From Ginglymostoma cirratum (taxonomy: Eukaryota), in NCBI GenBank assembly GCA_024137785.1, contig JAHRHZ010000019.1:46807400-46871399 (forward strand): a DNA stretch of 64,000 nucleotides, written 5' to 3'. Positions 13,026 to 25,940 of this stretch are shown in pieces. Positions within the stretch are counted from its first letter, which is position 1, and the number at the start of each line of letters is the position of its first letter. The position numbers were made by a program, and so were the translations under genes. The notes beneath the pieces are model-generated. The model was not told the origin of the DNA, made no database searches, and worked only from the letters and a program-made list of their open reading frames with translations.

Positions 13026-13700
13026 TAGAGTCATACAGTCACAGACTTATACAGCATGGAAACACCCTCCTAAACTGATCTGGTCTGATTTGTCAGCATT
13101 TGGCCCATCTCCCTCTAAACTCTCTCTATTCATGTACCCATCCACATGCCTTTTAAATGTTGTAATTGTACCCACCTCCACTACCTCCTCTGGCAGCTCA
13201 TGCCAACACGCTCCACCCCCTTGCATGAAAAAGTTGCCCCTCAGGCCTTATTAAAATCTTTCCCCATTCATCTTAAACCAATGCCCTCTAGTTTTGGACT
13301 CCCTTACCCGGGAGAAAGACCTTTGCTATTCACCCTGTCCATGCTCCTCATGACTTTATGAACCTCTACAAGTTCATTTGCAGTCACAGCCTCCAATTGT
13401 CCAGGGAGAAAAGCTCCAGTCTATTCAGCCTCTCCCTACAGCTCAAACCCTCCAATCCTGGCATCATCCTTGTAAATTTTTTCTGAATCCTTTCAAGTTT
13501 AATAACATCCTTCCTATAGCAGGGAGACCAGAATTAAACACAGTATTCTAAAAGTGGCCTAATCAATGTCCTGTACAACCGCAACATGCCATCCGAACTA
13601 CTATACTCTATGTGTTGACCAATGAAGGCAAGTGTGCCATACGCCTTCTTCACCACTCTGTCTACCTGTGACTGCATTTTCAAAGAATTATGTACCTCTT
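13026..13700 (-). mobile_element. CR1 LINE 3' end
   Basis: Reverse of the 20900-21635 CR1 ('RPLLEYCV*FWSPCYRKDVIKLERIQKKFTRM'); microsatellite-like tail at 13026-13060. Confidence 0.92.
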
Positions 13701-14759
13701 GAAGATAGTAGAGATAGCAAACCTTTTTTCAATCTCCACAAATGAACTTGATATGGCATCCAAAGATCCAAGAGAGTGAATCCTGTGACCTACACTTCAA
13801 CAGTATGTACATCCAGATGAAGTTGTTAAATTCATTGACCTATGTGCTATACCTTGTGCTTTAAGTCTATACTGGCACCTATGTATTGGGATACTGCCCT
13901 GAAGTATCTCTGAGCTGTGTGCATCTGCACATGCACTAATCTTGAGGCTGTTAGCTCCTTAAATAAGGTTAATCAACTTATTATATTGGGACATTCCTTT
14001 ATTTACATCAGTACGTAGTAGGTAATCAAATGCAGCTGTCCTGTATAATATCTGAGGCATCTCTCTTCACATGCTTATCCCAGATTGATGTCTTCTCTCT
14101 TATTGATGTTAAAATCATGGGATTAGAACATCACCACAATTAACATGAAGCTCATCATATTACATTCTTCCCCCATACTCCCCTCCCCCAAACAAAGTCC
14201 AAATATCAGTGGGAAAGTTGATCTGGGACACTGACAGGATATCATAATCTAGTTCACTTGAGTTCAGGGGAGCTACACTATATCTAGAATTGTTGTTACA
14301 CTCTGTACCTTGGCTGAGGTAGTATAGATATGGTTATCCCCATCCTGCAATAATCACAGTTCCGTCTCAATTCTTGCCTTAAGCAAGATCAATACCTGTT
14401 TATTCATCCTGAACGTCCCTTCAAGTGTTTTGACTATGAACAATCTTGGTTTCTCTGTCTCTCTCAAGACCATAGCTTTTGATCCCCTTTTCCTTAACCA
14501 GATTCTCCATCCTCAAGTAATGGTTTACAAAGTTTTCATCCTGGGTCGAGTTACTGTATGGCTTTCTGTTGTTGCTTTTCTCAAGTTGTTTTGCCTACTT
14601 GTGGAACTGAGGTTATGGTTTGTTGGACATTGTGTTCTAAAACCGGTGTATCTGTTTTTAACTTCTTGTCAATTAACATTCTGCCAGCAAAGACTCATCA
14701 TTCAATTGTAATGTTCTGTAAGAGAGTCGAGCTAATTCCCAGCCTGGATTCCAATGCGT

Positions 14760-15050
14760 CAGTGACTTCATCATCTTGTCTGTTCTTTCTGCTCTTCATG
14801 TCAAATAAGAATAGGGTGGGGAACTTGTGACTTGGTTAATACTGGCCTCCAAAGTGAGCTTCCTGAAATCCTGAAATCCTTCTTTACAAATTAAGGTTCA
14901 TTTTCAGACATTATTTCTTCCTGGAAACTGAGCTACAGAAAGATTATTTCAATGCTCTGATCACTGAGTCTGCTGTAGTTGAATGAGGTGTTGCCACTTT
15001 AATTCATCTTTAATAATAGTCAACGAGGATTACGTACATCTTCCTTCTAA
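14760..15050 (-). pseudogene. Gypsy integrase core relic
   Basis: 'MYVILVDYY*R*IKV...STTADSVIRALK...IMSENEP*F...VTSSPPYS...AERTDKMMKSL'. Confidence 0.8.
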
Positions 15051-15119
15051 AATTGAATCAATCCAGTGCTAGCCTTCACAAGGCCTATTCAGAAATCTTG
15101 ATGAAATCACTGGCCCTGG

Positions 15120-17260
15120 AAAGGATTGAGAATGAAAAATTAAAGACAAGTAGAGAAAGAGATGGAAATCAGAAAGCTTGAAGGAGAAAAGGATGAGAAA
15201 GAAAAAGATTAATTAATGAAAAGGAAAATTGATGCAAAAAGCTTGACCTCTAATGGAGAGGGAAATCAGACATGACTTGGCTTAAGAAAATCTTAGAGCA
15301 AAGAAGGAAAGTAAACCTGATCATTGAGATGATTCTGATTCCATTGAAGAATTTTTTGCCACTAAAAATCTGCATTTGGTGCCTAAATTTGCAGCGATGG
15401 TGTTAAAAATGTTTCACCTCATTTGAGAAGATAACTATGACATTGAAGAGGCCAAAATATGTTTGAAACTTAATGTGACAAAGTGTCCTGATAGATAAAG
15501 CTATAAATGTGTGCATTCAGAAAAATAATCTCTAGACAATTTGAAGATGAAACAAGCAATATGGATAATGGGGACCATGTAGATGTATTAAATCTGAACA
15601 TCCACAAAGCATTTGACAATGTTCGACACAAAAGGTCATTTATCACTTGGATAGAGGATTGGCTAACCAACAGAAAAGGGAGACTTGGAATAAATTGGCC
15701 TTTCACTCATTGGCAAGAGTGGGGTGGCACAGAGTTCAAGACTGGGGCCCAACTATTTTCTGTCTATGTTAAAGTTTTGGATGCAAGGATAGAAAGTACT
15801 TGAGCCGAAGTTGAAGGTGATACCCAAGTTGTAGGAAAGTAAGTTGCAATGAAGCAATAAATTTACAAATGGATACGGATTGGTTAGATGAATGGCTCAA
15901 AATTTGGCAGATGAAGTTTAATGTGAACAGGTGTAAGGTTATCCATTTCAGTTGAAAGAATAGAAAGACAACTTATTGTCTAAACGGAGGGAAATTTCAC
16001 AGTGCTTCCATGCAGAGAGATCTGGGTGTCCTCTTGCATGAATCACAGAAAACTAGCTTGCAGGTACAGCAGGTATTAAGGAAGGCAAATATAATTTTGG
16101 CTGATTTGCTAAAGGAATAGAGTATAAAAGTTGGGAAGTTTTGCTGCAACCGTACAAAGCATTAGTGAGACTGCATCTGGAGAATTATTTACAATTTCAG
16201 TCCCCTTACATGAGGAGAGGTGTAATTGTATTGTTTTAAGAGATGAGGGGTTTTAATGTGATGACAGATTGAGCAGTTTAAACCTTTAATCTCTAGAGTT
16301 CAGAGGAAAAGAAGAGGTCTGATTGAGGTACATAAGATGCTAAAGGGGATTGACAAAGTAGATGTGGAGAGGATGTAGAGAGGGCAAACTAGAACAAGAG
16401 AGCATAGCTTTAGGATAAGGGGTAGCAGATGTAAAACAGAGATGAGGAGAAATAATTTCTCTCAAAGGATTGTGAATCTGTGGAATTCACTATCGCAGAG
16501 TGCAGTTGATGCTGAGACATTGAGTAAATTTATGGAGGAGATGGATTTTTATTTAGTAATGTGTTGAAGAGTTATGGAGTCCAGGCAGGAAAGTGCAGTT
16601 GTGGCCAAGTTGAGATCAACTATGATCGTATCAAATGACGGAGCAATCTTGAGGGGCTGAACTGCCTTCTCTTGCTCCTATTTTTTATGTTATTATGCTT
16701 TTATGACTTTGAAACTATTAAAATATAAGCAATACTCAATGTTTATGAGCTTGTCCCTGAAGTTTATTATTTAAAGGTTAGGACTGAAGGAATGAAATCT
16801 AATCAGACATTTGTAAAATTTGCAAGTGGAAAAGAAATGATGTGGAATCAGTGGTTTTGATCACTGAAGTTAGGTAAGGTTTTTGAGAACGCAAGGGAAA
16901 TCATGACTATGGAAGAATTCCAAAATAATATTCCAACAATCCTTAAGACTTTATTTAGTTGAGTGGCAAGTATCAACAATTGGGAAGTGACAGCTCTAGT
17001 GGGTACCTGTGAAGTCTAAGACAGAGAATTACATGTGGGGAAATAGTCACATGGAAAATATCAAGGAAACTGGAAAAACAGAAAATCTGGGGATGGAAAA
17101 GACTTTAGCTTTGGGGAATAAACAGAAGGATGACAAAACAATAAAGGAGAAAATGCTAGAACGTAAAAGTCATATAAATAAAATATTTCCATTGTAACAA
17201 GACTGGACATAATGAAGCAAATTACGAGATGTTTTATTTATTGAGAGAAAATATGAAGGT
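15120..17260 (+). mobile_element. Gypsy (Gmr1/SCAN-type) gag relic, interrupted by a CR1
   Basis: Glu/Lys-rich coiled region, 'SFEKI' (~15420), 'YELVPE' (~16745), 'MEEFQN'. Confidence 0.6.
15530..16700 (+). mobile_element. CR1 LINE RT and 3' end
   Basis: 'MDNGDHVDVLNLNIHKAFDNVRHKR', 'WIEDWLTNRK', 'WQMKFNV'; tail ttgctcctattttttatgttattatg. Confidence 0.92.
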
Positions 17261-17439
17261 GAACTGCTGTAACGTTTAAAATGAACTTGTGTGGAATATC
17301 TTGTACTGCTTCATATTGCCGATGACATTGATTCCTGCTTTTGGGGCATTTTAGTGGGCTTTGGGGAGAGTGACAATTTCATGTTGGGGCTACCCATCTG
17401 ACTGCCTGAAGAATCCCTGATGCGTATTTCTTGTAATGT

Positions 17440-17945
17440 CTAATTTTGGACCTTGATTTCAGTCTGTGTAGTGAATTAGATTGCTTGTTCCAATGTTAAA
17501 TCCTCCTTAGATTGAAGGAAGTCTGACAGCTTTTCATTCCTTGCATGGACCACTATATTCTCCAATGAATTCATCCTTCAAAGCTCTGTACTCGCAACAT
17601 CGTGCTAGACAAGATGAATCCGTTAAAAAGCCTTCTATTGATTCTCCCAAATACTGAGATTGCTAATTAAATCTTGCATGTTCTATCACTAAATTTCTTG
17701 TGGGCTAAAATACACATTGAACACTTTAATCAATGCTTCACAGTCTATAGTGCTTTCTACCACACTTTGCCTTAACAGAACTTCATTTATTGGGAGTTAC
17801 ATTATATAAAAATGAGTTGATTTGACTGCTCTGCTCCTTCATGTCTAAGTCAGAAGCTATCTGGAGCACTGAAACTGGTTCTTTCAAAGACCTCACTCTT
17901 GGTCCACTCTGAGCCTTTTGAGTTATCAAATGTTTGAGGAAATAG
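17440..17945 (-). pseudogene. Gypsy gag relic
   Basis: 'IEHARFN*QSQYLGESIEGFLTD...CCEYRALKDEFI...LSDFLQSKEDLTLEQAI'. Confidence 0.75.
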
Positions 17946-17994
17946 TAAGGTCTCAACAAAGGTGGCCATTCCTATGCACTATGTCACCTGACAG

Positions 17995-18185
17995 ATATGA
18001 TATGATTTGATTTGATTTATTATTGTCACATGTACTTAGGTACAGTGAAAAGTTTTGTTTTGCATGTAGTACTGGCAGATCATACCCTAAAAAGTGCATA
18101 GGGATAACAGAACAGAGCAAAGAATACAATGTTACAGCTGCAGAGAAGGTGCACAAACAGCGAGAACAACATTAAATTTGAAATG
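17995..18185 (-). mobile_element. LINE 3' tail, Rex1/Babar-like
   Basis: Reverse strand ends tgtgacaataataaatcaaatcaaatcatatc (AATAAA plus microsatellite tail); a related tail lies at ~37505-37615. Confidence 0.55.
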
Positions 18186-18939
18186 TTGAATTTGGGTGAA
18201 TAGTTGGAATTTTCCTTCTTACTGTTGAAGTATTCCAATCCTGTGTTTCTACTCTCCAGAGCGTTGCTGGTTCATGGCTATGTTTCAATGGCTTCCAAGA
18301 ACCTTTGGAGTCTCTCCACTCTATCACTCTATCACTCTGTAATTCAATCTTGCTCAAAGACTTCTCCTTTTCCAGCTATTTTGTCCCTGAAGTAACCTGA
18401 GGTCATGCCTTTGGAACCTCCCAAAATTTTACAGCAGTTTCAAAGCCCTTCAGGATCCTATCCTGCATTCAGAGGTTTTCCCTTTTCAGCTGTACCCCTG
18501 GGACTCTATTTTAACTTCCCATCCTTGCTCTGGAGGCTTTCCCTTCTCTATGTTTAGGAGCAACACTACTGCAAGTTGGAGCAACAAATGCACATGCACA
18601 GAAATAAACTGCTGCAGTGTGACATTGTCTGAAACTAATTTAAGTCAGCCTTGCACAAACTGAAATTTCTTATGGAACATTACACATTAACCCCAAGCCT
18701 ACCACCACACAGCATATGCAGGGAATTTATCAGGAGAAATCTCTTGTCCAAGTCAATTCATATTCCCCAGTCTTGAAAATTGGCCAAGTTCCTACATTTC
18801 TCTTAATTCCATGTTTTTGTCATCTGATACAATTAGTAAGCTAACTCAAAATGTCACAAGCAAGAAGAATAATGAAATAATTTTATTCTTATTTAAGAGG
18901 TTAGCCATTTCGTCACTGAAACAGGTTCCAAAAAAGAAG

Positions 18940-19142
18940 AGTCAACAAAGTATGGAGCTGGAGGAACACAGCAGGTCAGGCAGTATCAAAGGGTCAGGAA
19001 AGTCAATGTTTCGGGTTGGGACCCTTCTTCACAACCCGAAATGGCAACTTTCCTGCTCCTCTGATGCTGCCCGGTCTGCTGTGTTCCTTCAGCTCCACAC
19101 TGTGTTGACTCTGACTCCAGCATCTACAGTTTTTGATATCTC
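18940..19142. mobile_element. Penelope-derived fold-back mini-insert
   Basis: ggagctggaggaacacagcagg arm with inverted ctgctgtgttccttcagctcc arm; partial hammerhead at the centre. Confidence 0.8.
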
Positions 19143-19714
19143 CAAACAGGAAGAATTGTCTGATTATGCCCATTCAAGGTGTTGGATCACAACAGCCATT
19201 ATTCGTGGCAGTGTCCTATCTCCTGCTTTGGGAACATATATTTCATTTTACACATCATGTTATACCTTGTGCTTGAATTTAATACGACTAATACTTCTAC
19301 CTGAACACTCAGACACTGGTTTGGATTATCTCTGGGCTCTAAGTGCCTGCACACACTGTTGCTAAGGCTGCTTGCACCTTATCACTAAGTAAGTTCTTCA
19401 ACCCCTTATGTACTGTGCCATTCCTTTATTTACATGTATACATGCTTGGTTATCTAGTGCAGCTCGCTAGTGTAGTGTCTAAGACCTCTTTTTAACATGC
19501 TCGTTCTAGACTAGTGTCTTCACACTTCATACTTGTTGAATTGCTAAAAATAAATTTAAGCTTTCCATCTTGAACTTAACAGGACAATTGGCAAGAAACA
19601 GCAAAGTAAAGAGAAAACAGAACGAATGGAGAGTGCTGATTGATTGGCAAGTGAATTCTGAATTGTAAAGATGTTGTCATGGAGAATACACCAGCTAGTG
19701 ACAACTGACAGTTA

Positions 19715-20034
19715 GAATTATAGAAACGGGCCATTCAGCTCATCAAGTCCACACCAATGGATACAAGAGAGCACCCGACCCAAACCCTAACCTTGCATTT
19801 CCCATGGCTAATCCACCTAGACTGTACATCCCTGGACACTATTGCCAGTTTAGCATGGCCAATCTACCTAACCTGAACATCTTTGGAGTGTGGGAGAAAA
19901 CCAGAGTACCCAGACGAAACCCATACAGACATGGGGAGAACATGCAAACTCCACGTAGACAGTCACCCAGGGCTGGAATCAAACCCTGGTCCCTGGAGCT
20001 ATGAAGCAGCAGTGCTAGCCACTGTGTCAACCGT
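19715..20034 (-). mobile_element. HE1-type V-SINE inserted in an unclassified repeat (~19600-20260)
   Basis: V-domain and tail on the reverse strand; flanked by gtta (19711-19714 and 20035-20038). Confidence 0.9.
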
Positions 20035-20479
20035 GTTAACTGATGAGATTTGTATAAATTTTAAAACAGGCAGTTTTGAGTCATAGAGCCATGCAGCATG
20101 GAAACATCGATTGGGGTCGATTAAGGAACTGCCCTGAGAAATGATGACAGAAAATCTGTCAGCTATTGTGTTGATTTGAAAAAGACACAGTGTGTGTACA
20201 TGTACTAAATGTCCAAAAACGAGGGCCTTGTGTATTATTATATGCAGATTTCTGTACACACAGATGCATCACACTTAGCCGTTGCTCAAACTTTTAAGAT
20301 AAAGTTGAATCATGAATCTGCGCAATATGCAGTGAGAAGTGATCTGATCAAAAATTGCCAATAACCGGCAGCTTTTTTCACATCGCTTCTGTGCAGTAGT
20401 GACAAGAGTAACAGGATACTGCCATCAAACCAAAAAGACATTCTACCTATCACACAAATTACCAATATGGTACGTGAGT

Positions 20480-21635
20480 TCGACATGGTTACTCTTAGTA
20501 CACTGATTAGCAACGATAGATCACATGGAATACAAGGAAAACTAACCATTTGAACACCGAACTGGCTCAAAGGTAGGAGACAGAGGATGGTGATGGAGGA
20601 TTGCTTTTCAGGCTGGAGGCCTATGAGCAGCAGTGTGCCACAAGGATCGGTGCTGGTTCCCCTGTTTTTCACCATTTATATAAATGATTTAGATATGAAC
20701 ATTGGGGGTATGATTAGTACATTTGCAGATGACACCAAAATTGAAGGTGTAGTGGACAGCGAAGAAGGTTACCTCAGAGTACAATGGAACCTTAATCAGA
20801 TGGGCCAAAGGGGCGAGGAGTGGCAAATGGAGTTTAATTTAGATAAATGTGAAGTGGTGCATTTAGGGAACACAATTCAGAGCTGGACTTATACAATTAA
20901 TGGTAAAGTCCTGGGAGGTGTTGCTGAACAAAGAGACCTTGGACTGCAGGTTCATAGTCCCTTGAAATTGGAGTCCCAAGTGGTTAGGATAGTGAAGAAG
21001 AGATTTCGTATGCTTGCTTTTATTGGTCAGTGCATTACATATAGCAGTTGGGAGGTCATACTGCAGCTGCACAGGACATTGGCTATGCCAATTTTGGAGT
21101 ACTGCATGAAATGCTAGTCTCCCTCCTATAGGAAGGATGTTGTGAAACTAGAAAGTGTTCAGAAAAAATTTACAAGGATTTTGCCAGGGTTGGAGGATTT
21201 GAGCTATAGGGAGAGGCTGAATAGGCAGGGGTTATTTTCCCTGGAGGCTGAGGGGTGACCTTATGGAGGTTTATAAAATTATGAGGGGCACGGATATGGT
21301 TAGACAAGGTATTTTCCCTGGGGCTAGGGGAGCACAAACTAGAGGGTATAGTTTAAAGTGAAAGGGGAAAGATTTAAAAGGGATTTAAGGGGCAACATTT
21401 TCATGCAGTGCATGGTGCATGTATGGAATGAGCTGCCAGAAGAAGTAGTGGAGGCTGGTACAATTACAACATTTAAAAGGCATTTTGATGGGTAAATGAA
21501 TAGGAAGAGTTTAGGGAAATATGGGCCAAATGGTGGCAAATGGGTCTCGATTTATTTAGGATATTTGTTCTGCATTAACAAGTTGGATCAAAGGGTCTGA
21601 ATCCATGCTTTACATCTCTATGATTCTATGACTCT
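20480..21635 (+). mobile_element. CR1 LINE, 5'-truncated (RT C-terminal half and 3' UTR)
   Basis: ORF 20587..21117 'SSVPQGSVLVPLFFTIYINDLD...FADDTK...WQMEFNLDKCEV'; tail ctctatgattctatgactct. Confidence 0.96.
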
Positions 21636-22108
21636 AATTCAATACCATTATAATGAGATATATGGAGGCCATTAGTTCCAAAAGCTGATGCATCATATCA
21701 AATACCTTATCCCTTCAAATGTTCACAACAACAGGATACTGACTACACCCCATAACCGCAATATTCAATGCTGAAGTTAAAAACTCTGTCAATTGACTAT
21801 TTTTATACTTGATAAATTTCTTATGCATTCGAATAGCTATCAAAATGAACTATAAATTAATTAATTATCTACACAGGCTCCTACATCAAGCAAAGAATCG
21901 AATTGACTTTTGTCAGCAAACTATTTTGAGCAGTCTAATATGTGACTATTCATAGATCTGATTTAAATTATATTATGTCAGTGAGGTAGCTGGCCTACAT
22001 TTCTCAACTTCCTCCTTGCACGCACCATGACTTCCCACCGCTGCCATTTGCTTTTCTGGCAAGAAATGAGCACCAGCTGAAAATCACTGCCCAATAGTAT
22101 TTTACAAA

Positions 22109-22295
22109 AGAGACAAAAATAGAAATTGCTGGAAAAACTCAACAGGTCTGGCAGCATCTTTGGAAATAAATCAGAGTTAACACTTTGGGTCAAGTGGCCC
22201 TTCCTCTGAATAGATGCTGCCAGACCCACAGAGCTTTTCCAGCAATTTTTTTTTGTCTCTGATCTGCAGCATCCACAGTTCTTTCAGTTTTTATT
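22109..22295. mobile_element. Penelope-derived fold-back mini-insert
   Basis: aaattgctggaaaa...ggtctggcagcatc arm and its inverse; 14-bp TSD tagtatttt(a/g)caaa. Confidence 0.85.
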
Positions 22296-23137
22296 TAGTA
22301 TTTTGCAAAGTGCTGACTTTCCTGATGTGGCTGCAGCATTGTATAGAATCCTTTGTATATAGGAAGCTATCGCTGTAAATAATGAAGTCAATATTCTATA
22401 GCTTAGACCAGTCATTAATTGTTGTATAGAGTCTTAATTTGGATGGCAACGACACCCAAGTTCAGCAAACAAAATAACACTCGAAATAGAAAATTTATAG
22501 AGACCTTAGTTATTAGCTTTCTGCATGTTTCATTATCCTGGGATGATAAAATAATATATTCATATCAGTAAGGAATAGTCAATCACAAAAAGTTTATCAA
22601 AGACCATTTGACTGTTTTCGTGGGGAAATGAGAATGAGCTGGAAAGAGCTTAAACAGCCATTAAAACAGTTCCTCTTCTACACAATTACATCTGCCTGTC
22701 AAAGACGAGGAAAGAATGGAATTCTCACAGGCTTGGATTCAATAGGCTTGAAATGTAAATGACAGATCATCTCAGAAGATAATTGTAATTTAATATTGCA
22801 CTGGCAAAGTCATATCGAATGAATCCAGAACATTATAGTGAAATATTTTATGGACTAAGATGTAAATATTCCCATATGGTGTAAGATAACTCTGGATATA
22901 AATGCACTTGGCAATTGTATACTAGAAAATATTGTGAGGATATTTTACAAACACAATGCACATTGTCAGACTCGTTTCTCTGCTACAACAATGGAGGCAT
23001 TAATGCACTTGTTTCTAATGGGTAATTGCCCTAATCAAAATAGTGAAAGGAAGAATTTGACATGAATTTGTGAAGCATTCATACAGTAACATAGCCAACA
23101 GTAATTTCCAGGCTTTAACAGTTATGATAATTGATTT

Positions 23138-24260
23138 AGGGTGAGATAATAGGAACTGCAGATGCTGGAGAATCCGAGATAAAAGATGTAGAGCTGGATG
23201 AACACAGCAGGCCAAGCAGCATCATAGGAGCAGGAAGGCTTGACGTTTTGGGCCTAGACCCTTCATCAGAAATGGGGGAGGGGAACAGGGTTCTGAAATA
23301 AATAGGGAGAGAGGGGGAGGTGGATAGAATATGGATAGAGGAGAAGATAGGTGGAGAGGAGGCAGACAAGTCAAAGAGGCGGGATGGAGCCAGTAAAGGT
23401 GAGTGTAGGTGGGGAGGTAGGGAGGAGATAGGTCAGTCCAGGGAGGACGGACAGGTCAAGGGGGCGGGATGAGGTTAGTAGGTAGGAACCCTGCAGCCCA
23501 ATGGTATCAATGTGGATTCACAAGCTTCAAAATCTCCCCTCCCCCTACTGCGTCCCAAAACCAGCCCAGCTCGCCCCGCCTCCCTAACCTGTTCTTCCAC
23601 TCACTTATCCCCTCCTCCCACCTCAAGACGCACCCCCATTTCCTACCTCGGTTCGCAATAAACAACTGCACCTCCCAGTCACGAATCATTTCAACTCCCC
23701 CTCCCATTCCTCAGACGACATGTCCATCCTGGGCCTCCTGCAGTGCCACAGTGATGCCACCCGAAGGCTGCAGGAACAGCAACTCATATTCAGCTTGGGT
23801 ACCCTGCAGCCCAATGGTATCAATGTGGATTTCACAAGCTTCAAAATCTCCCCTCCCCCTACCGCATCCCAAAACCAGCCCAGCTCGTCCCCGTCTCCCT
23901 AACCTGTTCTTACTCTCACCTATCCCCTCCTCCCACCTCAAGCCGCACTCCCATTTTCCTACCTACTAACCTCATCCCGCCCCCTTGACCTGTCCGTCCT
24001 CCCTGGACTGACCTATCTCCTCCCTACCTCCCCACCTACACTCACCTTTACTGGCTCCATCCCCGCCGCTTTGACTTGTCTGCCTCCTCTCCACCTATCT
24101 TCTCCTCTATCCATCTTCTATCCGCCTCCCCTTCTCTCCCTATTTATTTCAGAACCGTCTTCCCCTCCCCCATTTCTGATGAAGAGTCTAGGCCCGAAAT
24201 GTCAAGCTTTCCTGCTCCTATGATGCTGCTTGGCCTGCTGTGTTCATCCAGCTCTACACC
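23138..24260 (+). mobile_element. Penelope-like element (GIY-YIG C-terminus and pLTR) with inverted 5' arm
   Basis: 'SVRNKQLHLPVTNHFNSPSHSSDDMSILGLLQCHSDATRRLQEQQLIFSLGTLQPNGINVDF'; ~300-bp inverted arms; exact 14-bp TSD atgataattgattt (23124-23137 and 24261-24274). Confidence 0.93.
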
Positions 24261-24659
24261 ATGATAATTGATTTGCCATTCAAAGCCAATGGATAGAAAA
24301 TCCTAGATGGATGTCAATGAAATATCATAACATTCCTTTTTGATTAACAGAATAGTTTGCTTGTTAAACTTATCCATATGTGAAAACATAAGTACTGTTA
24401 ATGTTTAATTTAAGCAGTTAGTTATATTTTATCAAATAAGGATACATTGTGTTTACAGCAATGACTTTATTGCATAATCTAATGCTACATTGATATTTAT
24501 CATTGTGAAGTAATGTGAATCTGAAAGAATAACAGCTAACAATTGAAGTGGTACATAACAGAACTTTGTTTTTGCTTCCAATATCAATTGTTAAATGTTG
24601 CTATTTTAAATAGCAGTCCTTGTTATCTCATAAATTTCTATCAGCAATGAGTGGATAAA

Positions 24660-24930
24660 AAGCACCTATTTCCTTGATAAAGAGGTTAATAACAAAGGAA
24701 CATTGAATTAAAGTAATTAGCAAGAAGGATTAGAGAGGTGTTAGAGGATTTTTTTACAGTCGAAAGGCTCTGGGATTCTTTGAATGGCTGGTAGAGGAAC
24801 CTTTAAAATATACATAGATATGTATTTGAAATGCCATAACCTACAACACTACAGACTAAGAGCTGGAAAATGAGATTAGGCTGGACAGTTCTACTTCAGC
24901 TCTTTTAAACTGAGCAACCTCTTTCTGCCC
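24660..24930 (+). mobile_element. Old CR1 3' fragment
   Basis: ctatttccttg...aataacaaaggaacattgaattaaagtaattagcaaga...agagctggaaaatgagattaggctgg. Confidence 0.6.
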
Positions 24931-25540
24931 CTTTTTTTTTCACTTGCAACGTCATTATCCCCTTGCTGCAACTCCATCAGAATAGTCACCATTACTTGTG
25001 TGATGAGGCCAGATATTGATGCATGAGGAAAAGCTTGAAAATCAACTGAGTTAGGGAGACAGTGATGCCCAAATCTTGCTGGAATATGTGTTGTTAGTCA
25101 AACTTCTTCCCACACCTTTCAGTCAAAATGGTTTGATCCTGCAAGTTGCCGGAAGTGTGGGTTGAGAACAATACAGTGATGACAATGAGTCCTTTGGAAA
25201 CTTAGGGCTATAATTTGTTGGAGCAGAGCACATACCTGTTTGGCCTTTACTCATCAGCGCAAAAGTGTTCTTATCTTGTCAAATACAGAGTACAGTATTT
25301 ATGAGCTGGTAAGATTGCATCGAGGACAATAGATCATCTGGAAATCTCATGAGCAACGAGTCTGCTGAATGAACATGCCAACTCACTCTGCTGTGTAAGT
25401 AGTTGCTCATGATGAAAATGGTGTTACCATCATCATTCTGGACGGGAAACTACAAGACCTATTTGATCAGCTCCAGGTCTAACTAGAAGAGTCTCTTGTC
25501 ATGTTAATAAGGACTAGGTGTAACTTTCTGTGAATAGTTC

Positions 25541-25940
25541 NNNNNNNNNNNNNNNNNNNNNNNNNNNNNNNNNNNNNNNNNNNNNNNNNNNNNNNNNNNN
25601 NNNNNNNNNNNNNNNNNNNNNNNNNNNNNNNNNNNNNNNNNNNNNNNNNNNNNNNNNNNNNNNNNNNNNNNNNNNNNNNNNNNNNNNNNNNNNNNNNNNN
25701 NNNNNNNNNNNNNNNNNNNNNNNNNNNNNNNNNNNNNNNNNNNNNNNNNNNNNNNNNNNNNNNNNNNNNNNNNNNNNNNNNNNNNNNNNNNNNNNNNNNN
25801 NNNNNNNNNNNNNNNNNNNNNNNNNNNNNNNNNNNNNNNNNNNNNNNNNNNNNNNNNNNNNNNNNNNNNNNNNNNNNNNNNNNNNNNNNNNNNNNNNNNN
25901 NNNNNNNNNNNNNNNNNNNNNNNNNNNNNNNNNNNNNNNN
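25541..25940. other. Assembly gap (400 N), followed by a Penelope pLTR end to ~26025
   Basis: N run. Confidence 1.

Larger units (their letters stand above)
13843..19540 (-). mobile_element. Old Ty3/Gypsy LTR retrotransposon relic with nested insertions
   Basis: Two diverged direct repeats (~13843-14164 and ~19258-19540, sharing tataccttgtgctt and cattcctttatttacat); purine tract next to the TG start at 14165-14174; integrase relic ~14760-15050; gag relic ~17440-17945. Confidence 0.7.

Noticed and set aside
18811-19365. 184-aa ORF
   Set aside because: Chance read-through across unique DNA, a Penelope hairpin and an LTR; no recognisable domain
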